Shown: piece by piece, positions 1 to 60,108 of the stretch
Position numbering within the stretch: the first letter of the stretch is position 1
Layout: every line of letters starts with the position of its first letter
Source: Eutreptiella sp. 'Long Island Sound 2002'
Taxonomy: Eukaryota; Protista; Euglenida
Direction: 5' to 3'
Length of the DNA: 64,000 nt
Assembly: GCA_964036045.1 (NCBI GenBank)
Contig: OZ038378.1
Location: 170,376,001 to 170,440,000, forward strand
The notes under the pieces: model-generated
Databases searched by the model: none
Told to the model about the DNA's origin: nothing
What the model saw: the letters and a program-made list of their open reading frames with translations, nothing else
Position numbers and translations under genes: made by a program

Positions 1-1116
1 GACGCATCAAGTCACAACCCTCTACAACCTTCAATGACTGTCAATAAAGCTCAAAAAACCCTGTAAAATACATTGGGCCCTAACACTGCCCTGGACAACC
101 GTCAATGACACTGCACAACCGTCATCAACCATCCACAGCTCTCAACAAGTCTCAATCAGCCTCAACGTTTTCTCAAAATACCCCACCCCTATTCTATTCT
201 GTCTTCTGCACCCTTAACAAGCTTCTGTGGCCATAATGCTCCTTAATCCTCCGCAGCTTTGCCACTCTTCAACAATCTTCAACAATCTCCCACAACCTAA
301 TAAACAGTCTCCAGCCATCACCCTCTGAAATTCTCAAAAATCCTCAATCATCAAGCGCCAACTCCCTTGAACAGGCAACCACCTTTGAACTGTCAACCCA
401 CTGCTCCGTTACGGAAAATGTTTCAGGCTGCTGTTGTAGGAGCTCGGAAGCGGGGTGGTCTCCAAAAGGGCCGTGTTCGCAGATCCGCCCCCTCGTATGG
501 AGCGGCTTGTGCTTGAAAATGCCGCTCAACGGCATCGGAACAAACACCCTCCGAAAGGAAGGGATCATCCTGGAACGCCTCACGCAGTGGTACAAGCATA
601 TACCCCTGTGTTTACGATGGACACCCTGTGAATGCCATCCGCCGGGGGGGCACCATAGTGCAGACCATCCGCCCCCCCCCGCCCCGGGGCACGGCGCCGC
701 ACTCCCACGAAAGAAATGGCCTGATTTGAGTTACAGACCAACACTCACGAACATAACAATGGGGGGAATGGGACAGAAAGCACGTCTTGGCAGTTCTTGC
801 CGCAGTTGCCGCTGCACTGCTTGCCACGTCGCCTGTGACTTGCATTATGGAGGCTTTGGACGTTTTCCTGTCATATCGTCGTTCTCTCAGGTACGCTTCA
901 CTCACATTTATACAGTTTTGTTCGATTTTCCGTCCCTTTCCCCCCCCGCCCCCGCCACTGCCCTGTAAGCAAACCTTTTTTCCACCACTATTTTGAGAAG
1001 GGGCAGGGGGCTATTACTGCATTGCTTTTTTTCTTTGCAACCTCAAAAATCCCAGCCCCGTACTGCTCTTGCCGCATGCCTCTCGCACGTGCACGAAACA
1101 GCTCCCTGTGCTGCAG

Positions 1117-49867
<48,751 letters not shown>

Positions 49868-50106
49868 TGGAGCTGCACATTGGCCGTACATCCACCGCAA
49901 GCTGGACACGACGCTGTCTCCTGTGTTTGCGCGACAGCCTGCCTCCGGAGACTTCAAGAGTCCTTTCTGCTTGCACCTTAATCCAGTCGAATTTGGTCGA
50001 AGGCACCAAATTGTTTACACTAGCCGTGTGTGTGCCTGAAGTGGTTCCCCGCACACAAAGGACAGGGGTTGTGTATGGGTTGTTTGTTTGCACGCGTTGT
50101 TGCTCT

Positions 50107-50370
50107 GTATGTATGTATGCATGCATGTATGTATGTATGCATGTACGTTTGTAGGTATGTATGTATGTATGTATGTATGTATGTACTGCCCCCAAATCCT
50201 GGACGGCCGGTATCCCCGGACTTCTGGGTCCTCCGTCAAGCTGTGGACAACCTCAGGCAATCCTGGGACCCATGGCACCGCGTCAGGGTGGCGACCACCT
50301 GCTCGGGCGTGGTCGCTGGTAACACCATTAGACGGCATAATGTTGGTTCATTCCTATTCCTATTCCGATG

Positions 50371-50409
<39 letters not shown>

Positions 50410-50520
50410 ATGTACGTACGCACGTATGTACGTATGTATGTCATGTATTTATGTATGTATGCATATATGTATGCATGCATGCATGTATGTATGCATTCGT
50501 GTCATATACATGCATACACT
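50107..50520. repeat. (TATG)n/(TG)n arrays downstream of the TOR stop, interrupted by a ~180-bp insert
   Basis: Visible directly in the sequence. Confidence 0.9.
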
Positions 50521-52257
50521 ATCTATCCATGTACTCTATCTATGGCTATGCAAGGCCAAAATGCAGTTTGTATTTGTACGCACTTATGTAGGCCTGTCCT
50601 GTCCAAGAGCTGCCTAGGGCCGCTTTTTGAGTGTTCCGAGGTAGATGTTGATAGTTGAAGAGAGGAGTGCTTGATCCTCCTTCGATTTTGTTCACTAAAT
50701 GCTGTGCATAGAAAAGTATGCACCCGAGCCCCACTGTCCAAAGTGGAATGGCAGTTTTGCTGGGGTCCTGCTTTTTCTCCTCCGCCAAGGTGCTGAGGAC
50801 GAAAGAGAGCTCAGTGCGGCAGCCTGGCGACAAGAATGCCACGATGCGGGGGCCTTACTTCGCCCCCTGGCAGTTTGAGATAAGCTAAGTCAACCAAAGT
50901 TCCGCGTAGACCTTCGCTTGATTCGGTCACTCACTCTCTCATTACTGCCCCTCAGGCGCAGTGTCGCACTGTTACACATGCGCGTGTAGACAGGCACGCA
51001 CACACGAACCAGGTTGTCAACCAGCCTCTCTGTAACACGGAGTGCAAGCGGTTACCATTTGGCCACTTCTGCATGAATGCGTGTGATGGCCTGCAGCTCC
51101 TGCTGCTGTTGGGGGCAGGGAGTGCTGGGCCTGGTCCGTGGATGCCCCCTGCCACCCCTCTCTGGTCTTTCTGGCGCTAACGCCTGGCGAAGGGCTGCAG
51201 ATCACTCTCTTCAAGCACAGCCCCCATCAACTGCTTGCCCCCCCCCCCCCCCCTCACGCCCTCCTTGGTTCCCATGCGTTGTCTGCGTCACGCCCATGCA
51301 GTTTACACAGTTATGGGTTGCCCTCCTTTGCGCCCACATACCAAATTGTTGCCAGGCCCTGCAGATATGCCCGCATGGACGTTTGGCGTCATCAAAGGGG
51401 GTTGGCACTCGTCCACCAGCTACTTTGGCATGTCCTCCAATCTATAACATCTGCCACCACCTTAGCGCACCGTTCCCCAAACAGGGGGCGCCAAAATTGC
51501 CTTAACGCTGGAAAAAAAAAGGTAGACTGTCGTTGAGTTTGCGGATGACAAATGCCCTGGTGCTGGAACACCAGACCCCTTGATTCTCAACCTGCAGCCA
51601 TCCCCAAGTCCACTGTCATGGTCCTGGTGCCTTGTTGCAGTGTGCATGAACAGTTGGCTTACAGTTCGCACATTGTTGCAAGGAACTGCTCAATACAGAA
51701 TGGCAACCGATGCAGATGCGGGTGAAGCAGTGAAATGTACCCTGCACACCCTGCATACCGCAAAATTCATGGTTTATTTTTTCTGCAACAAACACTTCTT
51801 AAGTTGACCTCCAACCTGGAACATCGTTTGCAACACCTGCCAGACCTTGGCAGGGCACGTGGACAACCTGCCGCCAGTATGGCGGCCACACCCGCCCCTA
51901 CCCGCTGGTGGCCACTTTCCGAACTGCCACTTACCGCCTTTGTAACTGCTCATCGACTGAAACCACTGGGCCTTTTTACCTTCAAGCGGCCTGTCTTCCA
52001 GTCCTTCCGGTACAAAATGTGCTGCACGCATTTCCAAGATACGCACTTGTACCTTACCAGCCTGAAATTGCCCATGTGTCAGGTTCGGGGGGTGAGGCTG
52101 CGGTGGGGGCTGAGCTACCTTGCCCATATTGGCTTTCAGGAGAGGCCCTGACTGCCTGAAATGGCTCACCAAAAACCGATGGGTACACCTGCTCTAGTTC
52201 AACCAGAGCTCCGGGCCCACAAGCAGGCCTGTCCCTGTTTTAAGGACAGCCCCCAAA

Positions 52258-52425
52258 GACCACCAACCGCCAACCGCCAACTGCCACCAACCGCCAATCG
52301 ATAACCACCACCAACCGCCAACTGCCAACCGCCACCAACCGCCAACCGCCAACTGCCAACCGCCGTCAACCACCAACCGCCAACCGCTACCAACCGACAA
52401 CCGTCAACCGTCACTAACCGCCAAC
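52258..52425. repeat. (CAACCGC)n-like tandem repeat
   Basis: Tandem heptamer-like units; related sequence at ~6440-6610. Confidence 0.85.
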
Positions 52426-54444
52426 CATTGTTCAATACTGTTTCTGTGGTCTTGTGTCTTGCCCATGTCTTGATCATGAAGCAGAGAGCGTCCTCGTGAA
52501 CGTTCATTTCTGTTGGCGTTACCCCCCCCTTTCTCCCCCCTTAAGGACAGTCCTGCCCACAAGGTCGGCTATTCACTGAATCCAAGAAGCGTCTCAGTAA
52601 GACAGACATTGCACTTCTACCCACAGAATCCCCCTTCCCAGTCGTGGTCCTGTGGTCCATGACCACGGGGACAGCGCGCCGCGCCCACGTGGTGTCCGAA
52701 GCAAGGGGGTGTGGGGAGCACATCGACCCTATCTGCCCACACCCATCCAGTGGGTAGACCCCCCCCCCATCATCATTCGCTTTTTGATGACGCCCCCCTC
52801 CCCCCTCCCAGTTGAAAACCTAGATATATGCCCTCGGGGAGGCAAAATGACAGGCGCCAGCCCCAAAGTCATGATGCCAGCAGGTGGGACAGTTTCAAAA
52901 AATCGGGACATCATTGTGATGGCATCATGAGAGGGCTCCCCACCTCTTGCAATTTTTGACCAGCCTCCCACCCAATGGGTGGAAAACCCAACAACCCATC
53001 CATGTGCGGAGGATTCGGATGCGCAAAGAAAAGGCGAACAAGTACGTACACCCGGAAGTAACAATCGGCATATTCAGCCGTTATCCCCCCCCCCCCCAAT
53101 TACACACCCCTCCCTCCGCACGTACACACTCCCCCACATCCACACTCTACCCAAAGGCACGCCTCCACAAAATCCAACCCAGTGCATTCGACCCCCCCCT
53201 TTCAAATGCTTCAAAGTCCCACTGAGGCTGTGGCAGGGGAGACCCAATCGTGGCGCAAGGACTTGGGATGGGCAACCGGAAACTTGCTCCCGAGGGGTTG
53301 GGGGGCACAGCAGAGACCTCGCGAAGGAACGGGGCGGGGTGCCCCACCGGGCGTCCGTGCCATCTGGTGGCCTGTTTGAGGATGACCAGTGGCGTGAAAA
53401 CGGCCGAAGAAGTCAATTTTTGCACCCTGATACATTCCTCAAAATGGTCAACACGTCATGGGGATGACTTATGACTCGTATTTGTTGGGATAGCCCCCTC
53501 CCCCCCCCCCCCCAGCGTGCGCTTGAGCGTGAAACCCCCTGCTGGGCCATGCTGGCGGTTGGGCAAGGGAACTGCATTAGCCTTGCCTACAGAACTTGTG
53601 GGGAAGGGACAGGGGAAAATTAGGAGTGGGGAGGGATGGCGAGGAAGCTGGTGGCGTTTTGTTCCAAGACTGTGTAGCCCACGGACACCTTCCCCTGGAT
53701 GTTGCTATTGTCACACTTTTGACCGCAACGGAGGAAGAAAACTGCTCCCCAAAGGCGGGGGCTCAGACCTGATTCCCGAACCCCCTCGCCCGTCCCTGGC
53801 CCATACCAGAGTAGTGCGGGTGGATTACCCGACGAGCCAACTTTCTTTTATTGGAGCATCGAGGCTGGTCTCCTTTCAGCGAGCCAGACCTGCGATCCAA
53901 TGCTAAGAAATGCGCTTGCTGATTGCACAGCGATCGCCATGAGTGTCCGCACAAGGACAATTGCGTCGTCAGGACCACATTGTGTTCTGCACAACATCAT
54001 GAATACAAGGTTCAAGTTCCTCCCACCATCACACAGATTTTCTAGCCACTGACCTGGGCCTGGCCCGTAATCGACAAGCTGCTTCCATTTCGATGGACTT
54101 GTGATGTTGCCACCCATTGGACTGTCCCCAATATTTCCAGTCATTTCAGAAAGGGCTAACGGGCCTGCCAAGGGATTTTAGGGGAGTGGAAAGCGGGATA
54201 GAAATAAACTCAAAGGATGGCAGGGCCGTCCCCGAGGATATCCACTTGACATGGTTTGGGTGTGGTGCAACAATTGCTGGAGGGAGGCGGGGGTTAGCGA
54301 GTGACTGAGGCTGTGGCAGCGCACCCGCAGAGACCTTTATATATGTGTTTTGTAGAGATTGGGGGCCGAGATGGGGCTGCCGACCGTACTATGCTTCCAC
54401 TTGGCCTGACGTTGGATAGGGGGGACGGTGGCTAACCACCTTTG

Positions 54445-54710
54445 TCTGTGTGCGTGTGTGTGTGTGTGTGTGCGTGCGTGCGTGCGCGCGGGCGTGTGTT
54501 TGTATTTGTGCTTCTGTGTGTGTTTGTTTTGGTCCATGTGTTTGTCGTTGCATTTGTCTTTGGCTCTGTCTATTCATGCATGCATGCGTGTGTGTGTGTG
54601 TTTGTGTGTTATATTTGCGTTGATGTTTGTGTTTGTCTTTGCGTTCGTGTTTGGTTTGTCTTTGTGCTTGTGTCTGCCTGCTTGTGTATGCACGTGTGTG
54701 TGTGGGGGGG
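54445..54710. repeat. TG-rich compound microsatellite
   Basis: Visible directly in the sequence. Confidence 0.9.
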
Positions 54711-55559
54711 TAGGTGTATCCATATGTTTATGCATGCATACACCGTAACCATAACTCTTTACTTACTTGTCTGACCATCAACCACAATACTTTCACGAAG
54801 GGGCTGGAGGATGAGGGCAAGATCTACTGTGGGCCATGGTGTCTCCAGGTTGCACGTTCAAGGCTCCCACTCTATCCTTCTTCTTCTTCTTCTTCTTTTT
54901 CTACTTCGAAAAATCTGGCCGAAGCATTTTGTCATTTGCCAGATGTTGACCATAATGACCCACACTTCGGCACTTGCCTCGGACGAAACGATAGACTGCA
55001 GCGCACCCCCCCCCCCCCCCTCTCCCCCAAGTGGTTTCAGGGAGATCATCATTGTGCAGGCCCACCTTGCAGTCGGGCACCTGGGGGCTTGGGAAGTGCA
55101 TGGGCCCCTCTCAAACTGCCTATGGCTGCCCTCCCAACCCTCTCAGTTTGCATGGGGGGCAGGCCACCTCTGCGCCAGCATGAACTGACAACCCGCAGTT
55201 GGCATGGCTGTGGGCTGTCCGGGCTTCTTGGTGGAGCCAGGGCGCCTCCCCACAGGCGATGGTGCTTGTGGGTGCTATCAAATGCGGCCTGTCCATCAAA
55301 GAGGGCATGCTGATGCGGTAGCCCGTGGCATGCGGGTGAGGGGACTGCTCAGGGACAGCATGGCTCTCAGGCGGTCTGGCAGTGCTGCAACAAAATTTGA
55401 TTGGCACACCATTTTCCCCAATCAAACCCTTTCGTAATGCTGTGGATACCCCTCGGAGAGGCAGGCAGTGGCTGGGCGGGTCCCTGAGAAATGGACACCC
55501 CCTCCCCCGTGTGGAGGTAGGCCATGAGTGGGGTAGTGGGTTGTAGCTGCAGAGCTGCA

Positions 55560-56280
55560 GCACGCACGCTTCATCATGAGGCGGGCCAACTAGCCCATGC
55601 ACCAGCACGAACGTCCTGCTCTTCGGAAGGCGTGTACCCGGCTGGCATCCCGACTGGGCTCCGGTTGAGCCTCGCGCCTATCTCCGGCGAATCCGTTGGG
55701 CCAGAAGACCTATTTGGGGAGGGAAGAATAGCCCAAAGCTCAAAAGCCCCCCACCCCCCCCGGGTCATTACGCAAAGGCTTGGCCCAAAAACTTGAAGTG
55801 GCAGGACCATCTTGGCATGCTTCTCAAGGGAAGGAATGCATACTTGGGAGCTTTCTCTCCTGAGTCAGTGTTTACTGGTCCTCACCTTTCCGCAGGACCG
55901 GGGTGTGCGTGAGGCCCTCATTGCCCCATCCCTCGGTAACTTCTGAGGAGGCCTTTCCCTGTCCTGCACATACCCCTTGGGGGTGTTTGCACTGGCTGTT
56001 CTACAGCCGAGCTTTCCTGCACCCCGTACATCATCACGTGGTGTATCCCTTGGTCTGCCCGGCACTCCCATGCATTACCAGCGCTTGTGTCTGTGCTGGG
56101 ACCTTCCACTCCTCTGGACCCAGGATCAAGATGTCATCCATGTACTGCACGACTACCACTTCACTAGGGAAGGCCTTGACCAAGTACATGGCCAGCAGCC
56201 GCTGGGCTAGGGGGGGCTGGCAATCCAGCCAAATGGGAGGGAGGGAAAGGAGTGTCTGAACACCCGGTGACATCATTCAA
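55560..56280 (-). pseudogene. Decayed reverse transcriptase / RNase H of a DIRS-like retrotransposon
   Basis: LPFGWIASP (about 56213-56239, minus strand), then a frameshift in a C run, then VVVQYMDDILI (YMDD at 56133-56144); FELWAIL downstream. Confidence 0.7.
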
Positions 56281-58269
56281 GTGGTGAAGTGGTCAATGTG
56301 TTGTGCCATGCCTGCAATGGAACTCCACTGGCCCATTATTCCCCGATCATTCCCCCATTATTTCCCATTACTCCCCGGTATTCCCCACTTTCTGGGTGTC
56401 AATTTTGTTTTTTCATGTGCCATGCTCTCCACGAATGTGACTGCTGCTGGGCAAATACCCCCTCATGTGTTTCGGACTCAAGGCCTCGCACAACCTACTC
56501 CAAAGGCTGGGCAATGGACGTCGCTTTTATTGCTGCTGGGGCTGACCACCGTGGCAAGGGAGCAGACAGGGGCCTTGAGGGCATGGCCACTCACAGCAAG
56601 AGCGCGAGGACAGGACGTGAAAAGAGCCTCTAGGATGCATAGCCCCATGCAGCTGAGAACTTTCATAGTACAGTGCTTCATGCTGCAGATCAAAAGCTGG
56701 CATGAAGTGCATAATCTGTAGCAGCTCATTAGCGCTCATTGCACTCCACCTCACCAAGCCCCATGGACTTGAGACCCGAAAATGCTTTTTCCGCCCAAAA
56801 TAAAAAAAAGACCCACAGACCCATGATTTTTGTCCCCCAAAGGGGGCTGTCATTTTCTTGAGGTCCCCCCCCTATCCAATAAAGTGGGTTTCAGGTGCAC
56901 GGTCCCCATCAACACATCATTCACGGTCCCCATCAACACATCATTGGGGGATATTTTCATTACACAATATACTAATAGGGATCAGACTACCCATTCCATT
57001 GCCTTTGTCAAGTCCACCTCGCAAATAATTGCCCCTAGCAACGTAGCACAAAATCACCCCCCCCCCCCTACCAGGAGGGGTGGCGAGCGGTGTCACCCTC
57101 TGGGTCCCGCCTTGTCAGAGGTGACCAGGGCGCAGCAGGCTCACTGGGAGCTCTGCTCCCTAGAGTGCTCCTGGGGCAGGGAAGTGCTCAGCACGCCCCA
57201 GGACCTTCCTTCTACTGGGACGCTCCCAGCCGGTCTGGCACTCTGTGCAACGCTACCTGTGACCCTCTGGGTCAGTCAAGGAGCACCTCAGACCACACGC
57301 CCCGTGCACCCCTCTGGGGTTCAGTCGTGGGCTGGAGGAAGCTGCTGGTCACCCAACCCACAGACTCCCTCAGCAGCCTCGTGGTAGGGCACCCATGCCC
57401 CGCTGCTGGGGCCCGGTGCACCGGGCACACACAACCCCCCACACGCGCCAACCACGGCCCGCTGGAGAATGACACAGGTGTGCCCCTGCCATGAAAGTCC
57501 CCCCCCAGGACCCCAGCGCGCGCGGACACACAGGCACGGCGGCATCTCCCTCCCACCAGCGCCTTGGTGGGGTTCGGGGGTCGTCAGCAGTCTGGAGGGC
57601 TGTGAGACCAGACAGCCGGGGTAGGGCCCAGTCGAGCCGGTGAGGGAAGGACACACTGGCCGTGGGAGCCTGCCACCGGTGCAAGCCAGGACCCAACCCA
57701 ACCCAACCCAACCCCCCCCCCTGCTCCACCTCTATCCCATTCCAAGCCACCTAATCACAAAGATAGCACGAGCTATGGAAAAGCTAAGGGGATGTTTTGC
57801 ATGCAGTGCCAAGTTTTTGGGCTCCTAAAAAAATGGGCCCTATTTTCAGGCTTTTTTCAACATTGCATGAAACTACCAGAGAAATGGGGTTTTTAGGGGC
57901 CCCAAGATGCTGTTTGGTGCAGTGTTTTAGGTTTCTCCCCTATGATGACACCTCACTATATGTGGCCGCGTCAATTGTCTTCGCTTTTGAGACCTGAGAT
58001 GGACGGGTTGTGTACTCCCCTCTCTCCACTTTGGAGACCTAGCAATGTGCCGTGGCAAATGCACAAAGGTCGTGTGGAACCGCATCACTATTCAAAGGCA
58101 AAGGCCACTGGATACCTTACAGGAATGGCTGTGTTTCTCATGTCAAGCACCTACATCTGTCAAGCACCTACATCTGTCAAGCACCTACATTTGGGTGCTG
58201 TTTGCACTTTTTTGTTTGTTTGCTGAAAGCAGCCTTGTTGATTGCACTTTGGACACCACTTGTAGTGTC

Positions 58270-59160
58270 ATAGGGGGCGCACCGTGCGCTGTGCGAAAAG
58301 CCGGCTGTTTTTCACCACCGGTAGCCACGGGTCCCAGGGTCCTGAATTCTGCACCCTACAGCCCCTGCCTGTACACCAGGGATTTTTTGTTTTAATCTGA
58401 TGCTTGCCACGGGTCCCAGGGTCCTGAATTCTGCACCCCCAATGCTGTTTTGAATGGATCATGCACGCTTCTGTAGGTGGGTGGTTTTCCAGGGGGGTTC
58501 CTGGGATAAACAACGTAATAATTGGCGCTGTGCCCGCGCTGTGCCCGCGCTGTGCCCACACTGTGCGAAAACGCCCCCATAGTACCTCATATGTCACAAA
58601 TCTCCTCGGCATGGAATATTTTTGGACCTTGACAAATCTTGAGAACTTGTTTGAGAGTTGGTTGTAAATCGCAAGGTGCAATTCTAAGCGAGGGCCATAA
58701 AGTCGCATGGGCCAATGAAAAGTTCTGAGACATTTGGTTTGGCACGCCGCTTGGAAAATTGGGCGTCCGCTGCTTGGAAAAAGTGCTTGCAAATTTTGAT
58801 GGGCGGGGCCGCTTGGGGGGGCGTACCGTGCGTTGTGCGCGCGCTGTGCACGCGCACAGCGCACAGCGCGCGGTGTGCGAAAAGTTGGCTGTTCTCCACC
58901 ACCGGGAGTTCGGTAAGTTCAGAAGATTGAAAGGACGTTATTGAATGGCTGCTGCAGTGGACGGGGCTATAGGGGGCAGAATTTAGGTCCCTAGGACCCA
59001 TGGCAAGCATCAGATGTTTGAATTTTTGAGTTTTGAATTGATTGTGCATGATTCCGCAGGTGGGTGGTTTTCAGGGTTGTTACCTGGATAATCACCGGAA
59101 TAATTGGCGTTGTGCGCGCGCTGTGCGCGCGCTGTGCGAAAACGCCCCCTGGGAAAAGTG
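58270..59160. repeat. Modular repeat with GCGCTGTGC arrays and duplicated blocks
   Basis: 58472-58577 resembles 59056-59150; CCACGGGTCCCAGGGTCCTGAATTCTGCACCC occurs twice. Confidence 0.8.
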
Positions 59161-60108
59161 CTTGCGAGATTGCATGCGAGGTTGCCGGGTGGGCTGGGCT
59201 TGGATTGGTGCTTGGAAATTGCCTAGGATGGATGCATGGGAAAAGTGTGCTTGGTGTTCCTACCAAGAAGTGCTCGGGAAAAGTAGTTCCAACAATACCA
59301 CGGTACACCATCACGTCGAAGCTGTTGTCTCCATGGACCAACTAAAAAAGTCGGTTGTGAATACCAGAGTAGAGATGTACCCCCTGCCCCTGTTGTAATC
59401 CGCCCCCTAATTTCACGCCGGTCTCCCCCAATGGGGGGGGGGGGGTCACCAAGTAATGGTCCCCCCCAACCCGAGTCCCAGTGTGACCTAAAGAAAAATT
59501 TTCTTCGGCGCCTAGTGTTTCCAATGCTTTTTTGGCCAAGTGACGCCCCCCCCCCCCCATGGGAGGGGGGGGGATTGCAAGGGGTAGGGTATTACAAGCG
59601 GGGCGGTGGGGGGGGGGGGGGGGGCAATACCCCTGACCAAATATACATTTTATGGAAAGCATATTTGTTACATGTGTCGGTGCAAGTTTATTGCTTTTGG
59701 GTACAACTGCACCAATCAATGTGGAAATTATGTGTGGGGATGGGGTTGATGTCAACCATTGATTTGATCTGCTTCTTCACAAGAAATGGTCAGAAATGGT
59801 CAACGGATGGAGGAAAATGTGGCGGAAATTGTCAATCTTAGGCGGCCGAAACAGGTACGCTTTTGTACCGCTCTTTTTAAAAAAAAAACACCGAGAAATG
59901 ATGTGGGCTTTTTCAGTGAATTACCGTGTTTTTTTGACCCTAATTTTTCATGCCTGTTTTTTCAGTTAAAAAAGGTACCTTTTTCCTGTCGTTGCAACAA
60001 ACGAGGCTCCTTTGTACTGGTGCGTACGATGGTATCTCAATAACGAAGGACAACCCACTGTGTGTCGCACCTCGTGTCGGTTATTACGCCCTTTTTTCTG
60101 CAACAAAT

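Noticed and set aside
777-890. Possible extra upstream TOR exon (cag|...cag|gtacgc)
   Set aside because: The phase-compatible frame is Cys-rich and unlike TOR, and the helical-looking frame is phase-incompatible with the exon at 1117.
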